Assembly (NCBI GenBank): GCA_043228905.1
Contig: JBHGNT010000016.1
Span: 2,046,001 to 2,110,000 of the forward strand
Direction: 5' to 3'
From: Azolla caroliniana
Taxonomy: Eukaryota; Plantae; Polypodiophyta
DNA length: 64,000 nucleotides
Of the stretch, positions 52,501 to 64,000 are shown one piece after another. The number at the start of each line of letters is the position of its first letter. Position 1 is the first letter of the stretch. Under the pieces are notes generated by a model, which had not been told where the DNA came from, did not search any database, and worked only from the letters and a program-made list of their open reading frames with translations. The position numbers and the translations under genes were made by a program.

Positions 52501-55500
52501 AACTTACTTTAGACTCAAAGGCAATGGCATGGGCTCTACAATCTGATTGCAAAGATTCACTATTGGATATATGTTTGGGTGATGAATTATCCTGGCCTGC
52601 CATGCGAGCGTTGGGAATCGGTTTTTGGTTAACTGATGTTGGTCAGCTACGTGCAAGGGTATACTTGTTCATGATGTAATGTAAAGATATTAAAAGACTC
52701 TTTGAAGATGTTCTTACACCCTGCATTCCATATATTGCTGCAGATGGAGAAGCTAGCTAGAGTGCAATACTTGTCTGAAAAGGATCCCAAAAATTGTGCA
52801 CTGCTATACCTTGCTTTACAGCGCAAGAATGTTTTAATGAGTCTTTTTAAACTGAGCAGAGATGAGAAGGATAAAGTTTTGTATGTATTTCTGACTCGAG
52901 ATTTTCAGGTGCTCCATCTTAAAGCGCTTTATGTTAATATTGACTAAATAACTGTTTTGTAGTGTTGGCATTTTCTGCTATTTTTTCTGGTTGGGCTTTT
53001 GAGTGCACTTCCCTAAATGCAGTCATATTCTGTTGTTATAGGAGGAGAAAAATCAGGCTGCTGCACTAAAAAATGCATATGTTCTAATGGGAAAACACCG
53101 TCATGATCTTGCTGCAGCATTCTTCCTTCTTGGTGGTGATTTAAGTTCAGCTGTTTCAGTTTGTGCAAAAAATCTTGGGGATTTGCAACTTGCTTTTGTT
53201 ATCTGCCGGTTGGTAGAAGGTATTAATGGGGCAACAGAGCGGAAGCTAATTCAAGATTATGCATTACCCAATGCACATAATACAGGGGACTATTGGTTGG
53301 CGTGTTTATTCAAGGTAGAATTTCTCTCTCCTCTCAAACATGCTAGAGAAAAATTATTTTAATGCTAAACTATCTATCCTATGCATTTGACCGTGTTTAA
53401 AATTTAATTAACTATAACCATGCCTAACCTTCTTTGTAGAATTCATGTAGCCATAATATGCGTCCTGCACAACTATCATGTATGTGGTATCTTGTTTGGA
53501 TCTGTGGTTGACAGGGCTCCACTGAAATTATTCAGAGATTTTCCATAATTTAGAGGAAGGCAACTGTTTCAGATATTTCTTCTCTAGTATTTTACTATGA
53601 CTGACATTATAAATGATTTATAGACATAGCATAGACTTCTCCCACAGCCTTTGGTAATCTACACTTTGCATCAGTAACTTATCATTTACAGGAAGGCAAC
53701 TGTTTCAGATATTTCCTGTATCTAATATTCTACTGTGAGTGACATTTTTAAAGGACGTATCAAAATAGCATAAACATTTTTCAACAGTCATTGCTATATC
53801 TACGCATTTCATCAAAGCATTGTTTCTACCCATTCCCATTTCATTATGCTGGTATTCATTATTGATGATGTTTGCTAATAATGACTTCGAAAAGTATGCA
53901 TTATATCCTTTATATCATGGATAGGCCAGTAGAAAAGTAGGCATTGCATGTCTAAGTTGAAATATTTTGTTTGAAATAGTGGCTAGTGGGTGAAAGATTC
54001 CAAGCATTAGAAGAACTTGCAGGAAAAGTAAAGGTATCAGAGGTCTCTGGATTCGTAGATATTCAAGGGAATGACAAGACTTTTTCGATGGTTTCACAAG
54101 AGAGAACTGGGTTAGCAATTTCGGACCCAGATGTGGGGCATTTTTGTCTTCTTTTAGCAACTAAGGCTACTGTTGAATCAGGCTTGAGTTCTTCTTCTGC
54201 CATGGCCCTCCGTAGATGGATTATGTTAAAAACGGCCATTGCTTTAGAAAAGCTGGGGCTTCAGGTAGGAGCCTCTGTTTTTCAATTATGATGCATCCAA
54301 TCAATATAAGGATTAAAATATCTTTTTAATGACATGTTTTGTTTTAAAGCTGCACGCACTTGAACATCTGAACTTGATCACTCTTTCGAAGGAAACAACA
54401 GTGGATTATAATGAAAGCCCAAATTTGAATCAGCTGTCACTGCACAACATACAGGATAAATTCCCAATTGAACTGCAAGCACTAAATTGTAATCTTATCT
54501 TTATGGGAGCTGATATTTTTACAAAAGTAAAGATGAACTTGGCATTGCAGTATCAAGCACAGCTAGTACAGGCACATCCAGGCTGGAAGTTCAATGATTT
54601 TATTGAGGATCCTTCGATCTCAGATAGGGTCAGAGATAATATACGGGTTCATGATGAATCATCACCATGGGATCTTGTGATGCAGGCCAACGAAAAACTG
54701 ATTCAAAGCTTACAGATCTTCGAGAAAAGATATTCAATTGATCCCGAGTGTGTTACTGCTGAGGTAAGCAATATGGTTTTTTTTATTACACAAAACCCAA
54801 AGCTTAGATATCTTCAATTTAAGGAGGCATGTATGATCAAGTAAATGATACAATATGGATTATATCTATACACAATTTGAGAGATGTTTTATCATCAAGG
54901 ACCACCAAAATGGGAAGTGCAAAGTTAAATGTTCATTATAGAAGAGATGGAATGTGGTTATATTAGATGTTATACATGGGAAGATACAAAAACTCAGGAT
55001 GCCTTATAAGGTTGATATCCATATATATACATATAGCAATCGATGACGGTTCGGTTCGAGAATGTCAAACTCAAACTATTTAAAAATTTTGAATTTTAAA
55101 CTGAACCAAACCAAACCATGAAACCATTTAAATTAAAACTGTTACAAAAAATTCAAGCTAAAACCATTTAAACTAAAACCATGAAACCAAACAGTTTTAG
55201 AGATTTTCAAACTGTTAAGTTAGGTCAAACAAAAATTATAAATTCAATTCTAAATTTTAAAATTTTTCAATAATTAAAAATTTTAAAGATTTTTCCAAAA
55301 ATATCAGAAGTAGGCATCAAAATGAAAAGGTTGTTACAAAAATATTCAAGAAAATATTTAAAAAATAATCAAGTGTCAACCCTAAACCGTCAAACCATTT
55401 ACACCGGAAATTGTTAAGCTGATCAAGGCTCAAACTAAACCATTGACCTCCCAAACTGAACCAAACTGAAACCAAACTTTTTACAAAAACTTGAACCTGA

Positions 55501-58500
55501 ACCTGAACCGTTTAAACCGTTAAACCGTGCTTTCACGGTTCAATTTGGTTCAAACCAAACCATTGCTGATTGCTATATACATATGAGTACAATGCCATAA
55601 ATGGTGAAGCTTATGTGTGGAGTTTGGTATGGACTCAAAATGATGTTTATAAAACGAATCGGTACAAGAAGACCTAAGGGATATGGAGAGAAGCCAAGGC
55701 CTTCTATATTGTTTTTTTAAAGCTTGGATTTCCAAGTTAAAACTTTTGAAGGATTTTAGATTTTTTTTTTTCATTAAGTGTAGGGAGACCATGTTGCTGA
55801 CAATGTAGAGTCTCTAGTAACATATAAAGAATTTTAATTTCCCGAAAGAAAAGTTTGTGTATGGGAAATCACCTTGCAATTGAGGTAGGCGTAACATGGA
55901 ACAGATAAGAGGTTGAGGTCTTTTTTTTTGTTTTCATGTGTAGAACCATTTCAAGAAAACTTGAAGGCGAATGCCTACGTAAATAGACTATGGTATTACA
56001 ATGATAATAGGTCCCACAAGTACAAGTAATGACATAGGACCAATGAGAGATGGATAGAATTATGATATATCAAGTACAAGTAATGACATAGGATCAATGA
56101 GAAAGATAGAAAGAAGAAGGAATGAAAGATTTTATTAACATCTACTAGAGGCCAAAATCAGCCCTTGAGACAAATCACGATTACAAAAATGTGTGAATTC
56201 ATGTTATCCATACTAAATCTAAAATAAAAGCTCTAGGTTTCCACAGCTCCATGATCATTATCTTAATGCACGTGGATGTATGATTTTAGAGTGATGTAGA
56301 GAGGGGAGAAATCTAATTTCTTGAATTTTGATTGTCAACAGCTCGCAAAATTCGTTTATGATCAGAATAGGTTATACCTCCAATGTCTCTTTGTGAAAGG
56401 TATTCAAGATGAAGCAGATAGTGGAAAGCAATTGATAACGTCAAAGTCCAGTTTTGTGATCGTGAATGATCTACTGCAGAAGAGCTCGAAGGAATTATTG
56501 AAGGTTATTGTCCATGTTTGTTTAGCATGTACACAGAACATGATCAAGGGTTCATCCTTGCTGCTTAATAGCAAAGCCAGATGGGAATCATCAGTCGACA
56601 TGGTAGAATTCACGCATTTAACATCTAACATAGGATTACTTTTGTTGGATAACAAGGGCAAGATTGAAGCTGAACCGGATATTATAGTTCTCCTACTCAT
56701 CTTAAGCAGCATTTTGTCTTGGCAGCAGTGCAATTGGAGTGCATTGAACCTTTTAACAAAATTAATTAAATCCGGAACAACATCTCTTTCAGTGATGAAC
56801 GTTGAGATTGATGCTCTCCTCGAGACAAATTTCAGAAAATATTCTTCAAGTTTCACAACAGATAGCCAAATAAGCGTTTTTCCTGATGGAATTTGTTTGG
56901 CTGACCTTGAGAAAAGGCATATCCTTGCATTAGCATTTTGGGATGCATTTTTGGCTTGGGCAAAAAAGCAATCTAGGTATAGTGTGTGTAAAAATTCCCC
57001 TGAGATTACCAGTCCAGACAGAACTCTATCAGGGGTGGAAACACTTTTTATGGAATGTGTAAAAGCGGTGGCATCAATATCATATTTCTTTCAAAGAAAA
57101 CTTGTGCTCCATATAAACTCCTCTAATTGTGTCAGTTCTGGTTATCTAAATCATTGGCTCTGGGGCACTCATACTCCAACTGAAAGTATCAGTACACAGG
57201 AGTCCAGTGAATTTAATATATCTATGATGAACCATGATGACATACAAAAAGATCAAGCTTTTGACTCAGCTAATAATTCTGTTGATAAGATTTGGAAGAA
57301 ACTTGTCGTTCACAACCACATTAAATCAGCACTTGAGTTGGGTGGTGCGAAGCAGACTTCTGGTTTCTCTTCAAAAGGACCGCCAAGGTCAAAGGCTGAA
57401 GGCAACATGAGTGGAAGCATTACAAGTCGTAAAGAAAGAGCCCTTGAAAGTAGTACACATGATAAAGTGGCAGATGTTGGAGTAAATGGTGACAGTAATA
57501 TGTTGCGGTATTCTGCTTCTAATTTTAAATTCAGGAATGGAGAGGAGGTTCTTCATTCTGCTGGTGATTTACTCGAGGTAAATTCAAGAGCTTTTCCCTC
57601 TGAGTTTCCTGTGTATTTTAATCAGCTTTACTTTTAAGTAGACAATGGTGCATCGAACTGCAATATCTACTGGGGAATTGTAATATTGTTTTGTGATTTT
57701 AATAGGCATTTTGTGTGAATTCTTGCTGTCCAGAGCAAATTGTTGTTGCCAGCTCTAAAAAGGTATTTTACTGTTAATCTCTGGATGGGGCTAGTCTTTT
57801 GGATTTAAAATCCATTTGAAGGTGATATTTCCTACTTTGATATGCAGGGACTTATATTCCTTGACCTAAATACAAAGAAAAACTTTTCAACCACAGAGAA
57901 TGGTCTTTGGGGTCAAGTGGAATGGCCACAAAGTGGATGGGCCAAGTCAGAGTCAACACCATTGCCAACATTTGTGTCATTGGGAATTGGCTTAGCCAGC
58001 AAAGAAGGGCGAAGCTTGGGCTTAGGTGGATCTGCTGTTGGCCCTGGGGTGTTGACAGCTGTAGGAAAAGAATCTTCATTTAAAGGTGCAGGTGTTGGTA
58101 TTCCAGGGTATGGAGGTGTGGGTGCACTTGGGCTCGGATGGGATGACTGGGAAGATTTTGATGGTGTTATTGACCCTCTTGCAACAGTTCAAAATGTGAA
58201 CACCCAAGCGATGGATTCACATCCTTTGCGGCCCCTCTTCTTGGTGGGCTCTCGCAATACTCATGTCTATCTCTGGGAGGTATGGAACATGTCTGATCTA
58301 TCTTCTTTAGGTATTAATGTAATGCACATGTTGTAAGTCACTCTACTGGATTCATCTCAAATTGAGACCTAACTTCTATAAGATGATATGGAGACCTCTT
58401 ATCTTTATCTCAATGGTTAAAAATAATTTGAGCGTTAAACAAGAGCGATCCAGTTATGTCTTCTGGCATATGTAGTACTAGGAAATACAAGGGTAACTTG

Positions 58501-61500
58501 AGAACGAGGGTAGTTGGTTATACATAAACAAATAACTATTTCAGATCATATTCCTGTACTCAGTTCCGAAATATTGATCTTTTATTTTCTACCTCATATG
58601 CAATACCATTGCTTGCATTCCTGTATACTGACATTTTTTGCAACAGTTTGGCAAAAGCTCTGCAACAGCAACTTATGGGATTCTTCCAGCTGCAAACATC
58701 TCTCCCCCTTATGCAGTGGCATCTGTTTCTGCTGTAAGATTTGATCATTCAGGTCATCGTTTTGCCTCCTCAGCAATTGATGGCACTGTATGTACTTGGC
58801 AATTAGAAGTAGGTGGAAGAAGCAATGTGCGCCCCACTGAATCATATCAATGTTTTACTCGGCATGCTTCGTACGTAATTGTTATATACATTTCTGCTCT
58901 TGTTTTCCACTTTGTTTTGACATTTAATATCAAAACTATGATCGTGAACAGAGATGTAGCGCTTCTTGGGTCAAGTGGTGCAATTGTGGCTGCTACCGGA
59001 GCTTCTGAAAATGATCTTAACTTGGTTTTCTGGGATACGCTTGCACCATCAACTACTTCTCGAGCTTCAGTGTTTTGTCATGAGGGTAGATATTCTCTGA
59101 TGGCATGGTCGACACTCTACTAAGTCTTCAAGGATTTAAACATGTTTTAAGTTGTAGCATGTGATTTTGTGAATGTAGTTTGTTTCTCTTACCAGTATCG
59201 TCAATTTTCTTCCTGTTTGAAAGCCAAGCACCTTATTTATGCTCTTATGTCATAATTGCAACTGATATGCATTAAATATAATTGCAACTGGTTTTGGAAC
59301 AAGTACTAATTATTCTCTCTTAAACATGATTGCTTCCCTACTGCAAACAGTCTACCACATATTCTTTACCATGAAGCATTGAAGAGTTTGATGAAAGGAG
59401 CCCAATTTGAACTGATGACAATCTGCAATTTAATAAAGGGCAGTAGCTTACATGTGGAAATGATTGTGTTCTTGCTGCAAACAAACATTGTTGCATGTTT
59501 GTGGTTCCTGTTACACGTGTTGAAAACTAGCAGTGACTTTCTCAAGGAGATGAGATATTCTAGGATAACAATTTATTTGTTCCCACATTATCAATGTATA
59601 GTCCTTGCACCTTTCCTTGTAATCTTAATATCTTATTTTTATCTATTTGTTGAATTCAGGAGGAGCTCGGTGCCTTGAAATGTTTGACCATTATGTTGGA
59701 GGTGGATCATTCTCACCATTAATTGTTACTTGCGGAAAAGCTGGTGATATTGCTCTACATGATTTTCGCTACATCGCAACAGGTAAGGCTAAACGCCATA
59801 AGAATTCAAAACATGAAAGTATACCACATGGAGAGCAGCCGTCAAAAAAGCAACACGATGGAGACCTAAATTTAGATGGCATGGTCTGGTACCTTCCGAA
59901 GGCCCACTCAGGTGAGTGCTAGATCTATTTATCAACTATAGTACTCATAGTTCTCTGTGATCTATTGTTTGCATTGATGTTTTAGGCTCTTTCATTTAAG
60001 ATTAATCTCAAAAGATTTACCTAGAAATCAGCCAGGGCAAAGAATTCAAGGGTGAGGATGAGAGCAACTGTAGTGATTGTTTTTTTTTGGTTTGGAGACA
60101 AATGTTAATTGTAATATAGCAGAGCATCTTTGTCAGGTCAAATATTTTTATATCTTTCGATCACAGCTTTTCCTGTCAAAACTATTGTACTATATAACGC
60201 GAAACGGATACACAAAGAGATACATAATCACATGACCGTTGCAAGTTTTTCAAAGTCCAGCAGATGGCAGATAAGGTTCATACAGGCAATCGGACGTGCC
60301 TGATGTGATGTTGGAACTTTGATGTGTCAGAAGGTTCCATATTATTGACATGGGATCGTAGATCTACGAAAACTATACTGAAAGACACAAGGCGCGGGAA
60401 CAGAAAACAGCAAATAGACAAAGTACGCACAGTACACAATATACACAGGTTTTTTACATTGAAAACCCCAAACGAGGAAAACCACAGGAACAGAGGTCCA
60501 CTATACAACAGAGAATACAGGAAAACGGCTACAACTCTTCTCTGATACTCAGAGGATAACCACTTAAGGTTCTTGGCAAGTTCATTGAACTCTGCTGCCG
60601 CTCTCTCTCTCTCTCACGCCTCTCTACTCTTTCTGTTCTACACTGCCTCATAATGTTTGCCCTAGGTGTATTTATACTAATACACAGTATGGGCTATTTA
60701 CAAATATGTCTATTATTATTATTATCTAATAATAATAGTAACAGTCGCTAATCAGCCAACTGATCGACTAGTCGATTCGACTAGCCGACTCCAGTGTTGA
60801 CTGTCCAGTCGGCCCGACTTGTCGGCCTTGTCGTCGCCAGTCGGCCCGACTAGTCGTTCGTGTCTTCGACTTGGATCACTTATACAGGAGAGTTGACTCT
60901 CCATGTCCACTCTCTCTCTCTCTCTCAGTCGACTCTCCATGAAGTGGATTCATCGTGATTATAAAGTATTACTTTACCAGTCATCTATTTGATCCTGTGT
61001 CTTTCCATTTTCAAGGGCAGTCAAGGTTATTTTATACTTACATTTTCAACAAGCTTAAGCAATATGCTCATATCAGCAATGCTATGTGGCTGCAGGGAGT
61101 ATCACCTGTGTGTCAGCAGTGCCTGGAACTCCGCTATTTCTAACTGGAAGTAAAGATGGTGATGTAAAATTATGGGATGCTAACAAATGTGAGCTTATCA
61201 ATCATTGGCCTAAAGTACATGAAAAACACATGTTTCTTCAACACAATGCACGAGGTTTTGGTGCTGTTGTTCAGGTTAGTGCTCAAATTATTGTCAGCTA
61301 ATTATCTCCTTTTGTGTTGACATATATAGATAGATAGGTGGTAGATCAAGAGAAAGATAAATAGCTGGATGATTCTTCTGGAATCGTTATATTATTACAC
61401 AATCTAATTCATAATAATTTGGCATGCAATTTATTGTGTAACATACAAGAATAGGAAATTGTAAGTGTTATGAGATCGTAAATTCATTATGGTATAGTAT

Positions 61501-62048
61501 ACATTGTACAAGAATAGTAATGTTACTCAGTGTTTTCCAATCGCTGTAAATTCACCATGGCATCATATACACTGTACAAGAATTGTAATTTCAGCCCAGT
61601 ACAGAAGTTTCTTTCTGGTCCAATCCCAGTGAAGTAAATTATAGGTAACAAAATGCTGAAAGGGATTAAAAGAAAGTAACTCATTATTGGGAAAAATAGT
61701 AATTTCAAATCAGTGCAAAAACAAATTCTGTTCCTATTGGTTTCAAATTAAATTTTCAATAAGAACTGCTAAAGTTGTTTGGGCGCTGGAGTCAAAAAGT
61801 TTTGGTTTCTTTTCCAAAACCATGAAGACAGTATTATGTTAATCTGTTATATTGATATTTTTGACCACGTCCTAACGATATTTCATTCAGATGGTGTTTA
61901 TCTGCTGTAATTAGGATTCTTAAAAAACTTGAACTGAAACTTGACTTATCAGCAGGCCGCTGTAACTGATTTGCATCCAGTGCCGTCTGGGTTTGTTACA
62001 TCTGGTGGAGATGGTATTTTGAGGCTTTTCCGTGGTGAACTTATCTGA
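43598..62048 (+). CDS. DMXL: RAVE complex Rav1 / DmX-like (Rabconnectin-3 alpha) WD40 protein, about 2438 aa
   Basis: Exons 43598..43949, 45448..47838, 47915..48055, 48162..48621, 52430..52658, 52744..52908, 53042..53314, 53980..54264, 54350..54763, 56342..57577, 57706..57762, 57848..58279, 58647..58870, 58952..59085, 59660..59911, 61096..61274, 61956..62048 (7317 nt, in frame). It has N-terminal WD40 repeats and Rav1p_C motifs: 'LPLYHP', 'AWALQSDC', 'LSWPAMRALGIGFWL', 'DPKNCALLYLAL', 'AALKNAYVLMGKHRHDLAAAFFLLGG'. C-terminal WD40s follow ('SHPLRPLFLVGSRNTHVYLWEFG', 'LTGSKDGDVKLWD'). Confidence 0.92.
49250..49432. repeat. Intronic tandem duplication, period about 95-105 bp
   Basis: TGTTCRCAATGTCCTYGCTGCA...AGTGATTCTAGGGC..CTTGCATTTTC.TTTTAGGTTTTC...GTGTAATTTC occurs twice. 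Confidence 0.85.
49643..52000 (-). mobile_element. 5'-truncated non-LTR retrotransposon (LINE, RTEX-like) in intron 4 of the DmX-like gene
   Basis: RT motifs 'SNYRTIMIG', 'DFRKAFDTV', 'GVKQGCPL.PTLFGLYID', 'LLYADDIVL', 'YTYLGVTF'. C-terminal 'HQLQIEVGRY..LEERICQLC..ESEEHYVCHC' zinc finger. The 3' end has a short (TCTT)n tail. Frameshifted; the 5' boundary is approximate and no TSD was resolved. Confidence 0.88.
53554..53815. repeat. Intronic tandem duplication, period about 136 bp
   Basis: GGAAGGCAACTGTTTCAGATATTTC occurs at about 53555 and 53691, with diverged continuations. Confidence 0.8.
55034..55575. mobile_element. Non-autonomous hAT-type MITE (542 bp) in an intron of the DmX-like gene
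   Basis: TIRs TAGCAATC......GGTTYGGTTYGA at both ends. Perfect 8-bp TSD TATACATA (55026-55033, 55576-55583). Many subterminal AAACC(G/A) motifs and no ORF. Confidence 0.92.
56105..56185 (-). mobile_element. Short LINE/SINE 3'-end fragment related to the RTEX-like element
   Basis: 56124-56185 aligns by eye with 49649-49710 (GAAAGAT.T.TATTAAC.TCT....GAGGCCAAAAT...GATTACA). On the - strand it ends in AATAAA followed by a TTC/TTTC-rich tail. Confidence 0.6.
60309..60953 (-). mobile_element. Inverted LTR (probably solo) in intron 15 of the DmX-like gene
   Basis: On the - strand it has TATAAATA, then (GA)n, then GTGGTTTTCCTCGTTTGGGGTTTTCAATGTAAAA. This is the same order and motif as in the solo LTR at 33531, and it ends in ...TTCCAACA. 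The upstream part has CpG-rich GTCGAC/CCGAC repeats. Boundaries are approximate and the TSD is imperfect (TGTGA/CGTGA). Confidence 0.65.
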
Positions 62049-62726
62049 AAATTGCAAGTGTACCGTTTGAATTAAAGGATTACTACATTGAAGGTGATTG
62101 CAAACATGATTTTTGAATCCCAAACTTGAGACCACAATATTTGATGGGGTAGGTCTCTTTTGAACATGGGAACTTCAAGAGAGTTATTATGGCAACTATG
62201 GTGCAAAGATATAAATGGATAGCTTATGTCTGATAATCTTCTGCAGTTTCTGTGAATTGGGCAGGTAATAAAGTGTGGATTCTATAACGAATTATTGCTA
62301 ATCTCAAGCTAGAAATTGTTGGGTACCAGAAGAGAACTAAAGAGTACTCGGTTGAACCACCTGTTTACTTTGTATGGGCTGTAAATGCTCTTTGGCGAAT
62401 GGCTATGAAAATACAATGTATCATATGTATCATAACCTAGACTGGGCTTCAAAATAAATTATGTTTTCACTGGATATTCAATAATAATAAAATCAATCAA
62501 ATTTTGATCAATCTGCAACTGAAAATTGAGTTAAAGTATGTTAGATCATTGCAGCTGTCCTATGTTGAAATCAAATTAACTAGACCATAAAACAAATGCA
62601 TGATCAAGGCTTCCACGTACGGTTACTGCTGAGTAACTATGGAAGTGATATAGTTATAACTACTGCTCTTTCATCTTTCTGTGAATTCCACTGCTGAGTT
62701 GTATCCAAATTATACATTGAGAACAA

Positions 62727-63084
62727 GAAGTTTTAACTTTTAGTTTGATGTTTATATTAGTTATTGTCAACACATTTGAAAGACGTGTTTGCTTCATAGT
62801 ACTTTTTGAGAATGGAAATCAGTGACGGGTTATGAGTTATGCTTTACAGATTATCTAGGCAGGTAGTGATCTCATATACTTTATATTTTGTGATTGCATA
62901 TTGTTTCCATATCATGATCGTTTAAAGGATCCCTCAAAATCAGAAGTTTTAGCTTTTAGCTTGATTGAATTAGTTATTGTCTACACGATTGAAAGACATG
63001 TTCGCTTTTATTACTTTGTTGAGAATCAATATCAGTGATGGGTTATGGTTTATACATTATATAGGTAGGGAGTAACCTCATATA
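62727..63084. repeat. Degenerate direct repeat, period about 215 bp, downstream of the DmX-like gene
   Basis: AGAAGTTTTARCTTTTAG...TTAGTTATTGTC.ACAC..TTGAAAGAC...GAGAAT...ATCAGTGAYGGGTTATG occurs twice. Confidence 0.8.
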
Positions 63085-63514
63085 GTTCCCAGACCTTGAT
63101 GATATACAGAAACTATCATAGAAGCTGTACTTTGATTCATTGATACATTGTTTGAAAGGTCTGCTTCAGTATAATCCAAGCCCTTTCAGGGTGGTTTTCT
63201 TGTCTTCTTAAACATGGGGTTGTGAGGCTAGTTTCTTTGGTTTTCCCAAACTGAATAAAAGATTAGATATCTTAGTGTTAACTTACCCCAAGGATGATTA
63301 TTTGTGATACGAATAGAGAAATGAAAAGTGCCTTTTACTTGAGCTTTCATAAAACTAAATGGAGTCAAATGTAAAATGCAGGGACATGCCCAATATCATG
63401 ATGATATAAATTGTGAAGAAGTGGGGTTCTTTAAAAGTAACTTACAAATATTCAATATGCTGTATTGGCTGCCCACCGTGTGAACCATTAGGATAATTGT
63501 CGCCCATTTTGACA

Positions 63515-63805
63515 TTCATTTCTTCCATTCCCTTCTAGACAATCACTTCATGATTGACTACAATTTGTACAAATAACTCTACTACAAATATTCCAGTTTT
63601 AATTTGAGGTGTTTTTTAGTATTGATCTTTTGTATATTCTTTACCTTTTGTGGGTTTATATCCCAATTTTTCGAGATATAAAACACGTTGAGGTTCATTT
63701 CTTCCATTCTCTTGAAGACAATCTCTTCATGATTGACTACTATTTTTACAAATACCTCGACAGCAAATATTTCAGTTTTATTTTTAGGTGTTTTGGAGTA
63801 TTGAT
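63515..63805. repeat. Degenerate direct repeat, period about 179 bp
   Basis: TTCATTTCTTCCATTC...AGACAATC.CTTCATGATTGACTAC...CAAATATT.CAGTTTTA...AGTATTGAT occurs twice. Confidence 0.8.
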
Positions 63806-64000
63806 ATTTTTTATTTTCTTTAATTTTTGCAGTCTTGATTTGAGATTTATCACCAGTATGATATGCATTGAAAAACACTTTCCCATTAAATAGAGAAACT
63901 AATTATCCAATCTATTCAAACACGTTCAGAAGTGGGAAACTTGCCATATTTGTGAAGCCTTTGATGCTTAGGCCCAAAGAAAATTCACTACAGCAAAGAA

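Noticed and set aside
63582-63893. Lys/Ile/Phe-rich ORFs of 94-98 aa
   Set aside because: They are low-complexity AT-rich sequence overlapping a tandem duplication, with no domain.

Overview
Eukaryotic, AT-rich land-plant nuclear DNA. It is most likely from a fern or another seed-free vascular plant, inferred from the PLS-PPR style and the RTEX-like LINE; this is not proven. Four host genes can be reconstructed by hand from GT-AG junctions that keep the reading frame. (1) A 5-exon TERMINAL EAR1-like/Mei2-like RRM gene on the - strand (9872-14225) with a very long low-complexity N-terminus. (2) An 11-exon signal-peptide/coiled-coil/C-terminal TM gene on the + strand (21066-28046). (3) An intronless PLS-E PPR gene lacking DYW on the - strand (29363-30790). 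(4) A 17-exon RAVE-Rav1/DmX-like WD40 gene on the + strand (43598-62048). Between the PPR and WD40 genes lie a U6 snRNA pseudogene embedded in microsatellites, a solo LTR with a perfect TSD, and a decayed MULE/SWIM transposase split by a Ty1/copia element with a perfect TSD. The WD40 introns carry an RTEX-like LINE, a second related LINE 3' tail, a hAT MITE with an 8-bp TSD, and an inverted LTR. Positions 1-9800 and 16000-20300 are mostly unassignable and probably decayed repeats. I found no clearly new biological system; the best leads are listed as findings.
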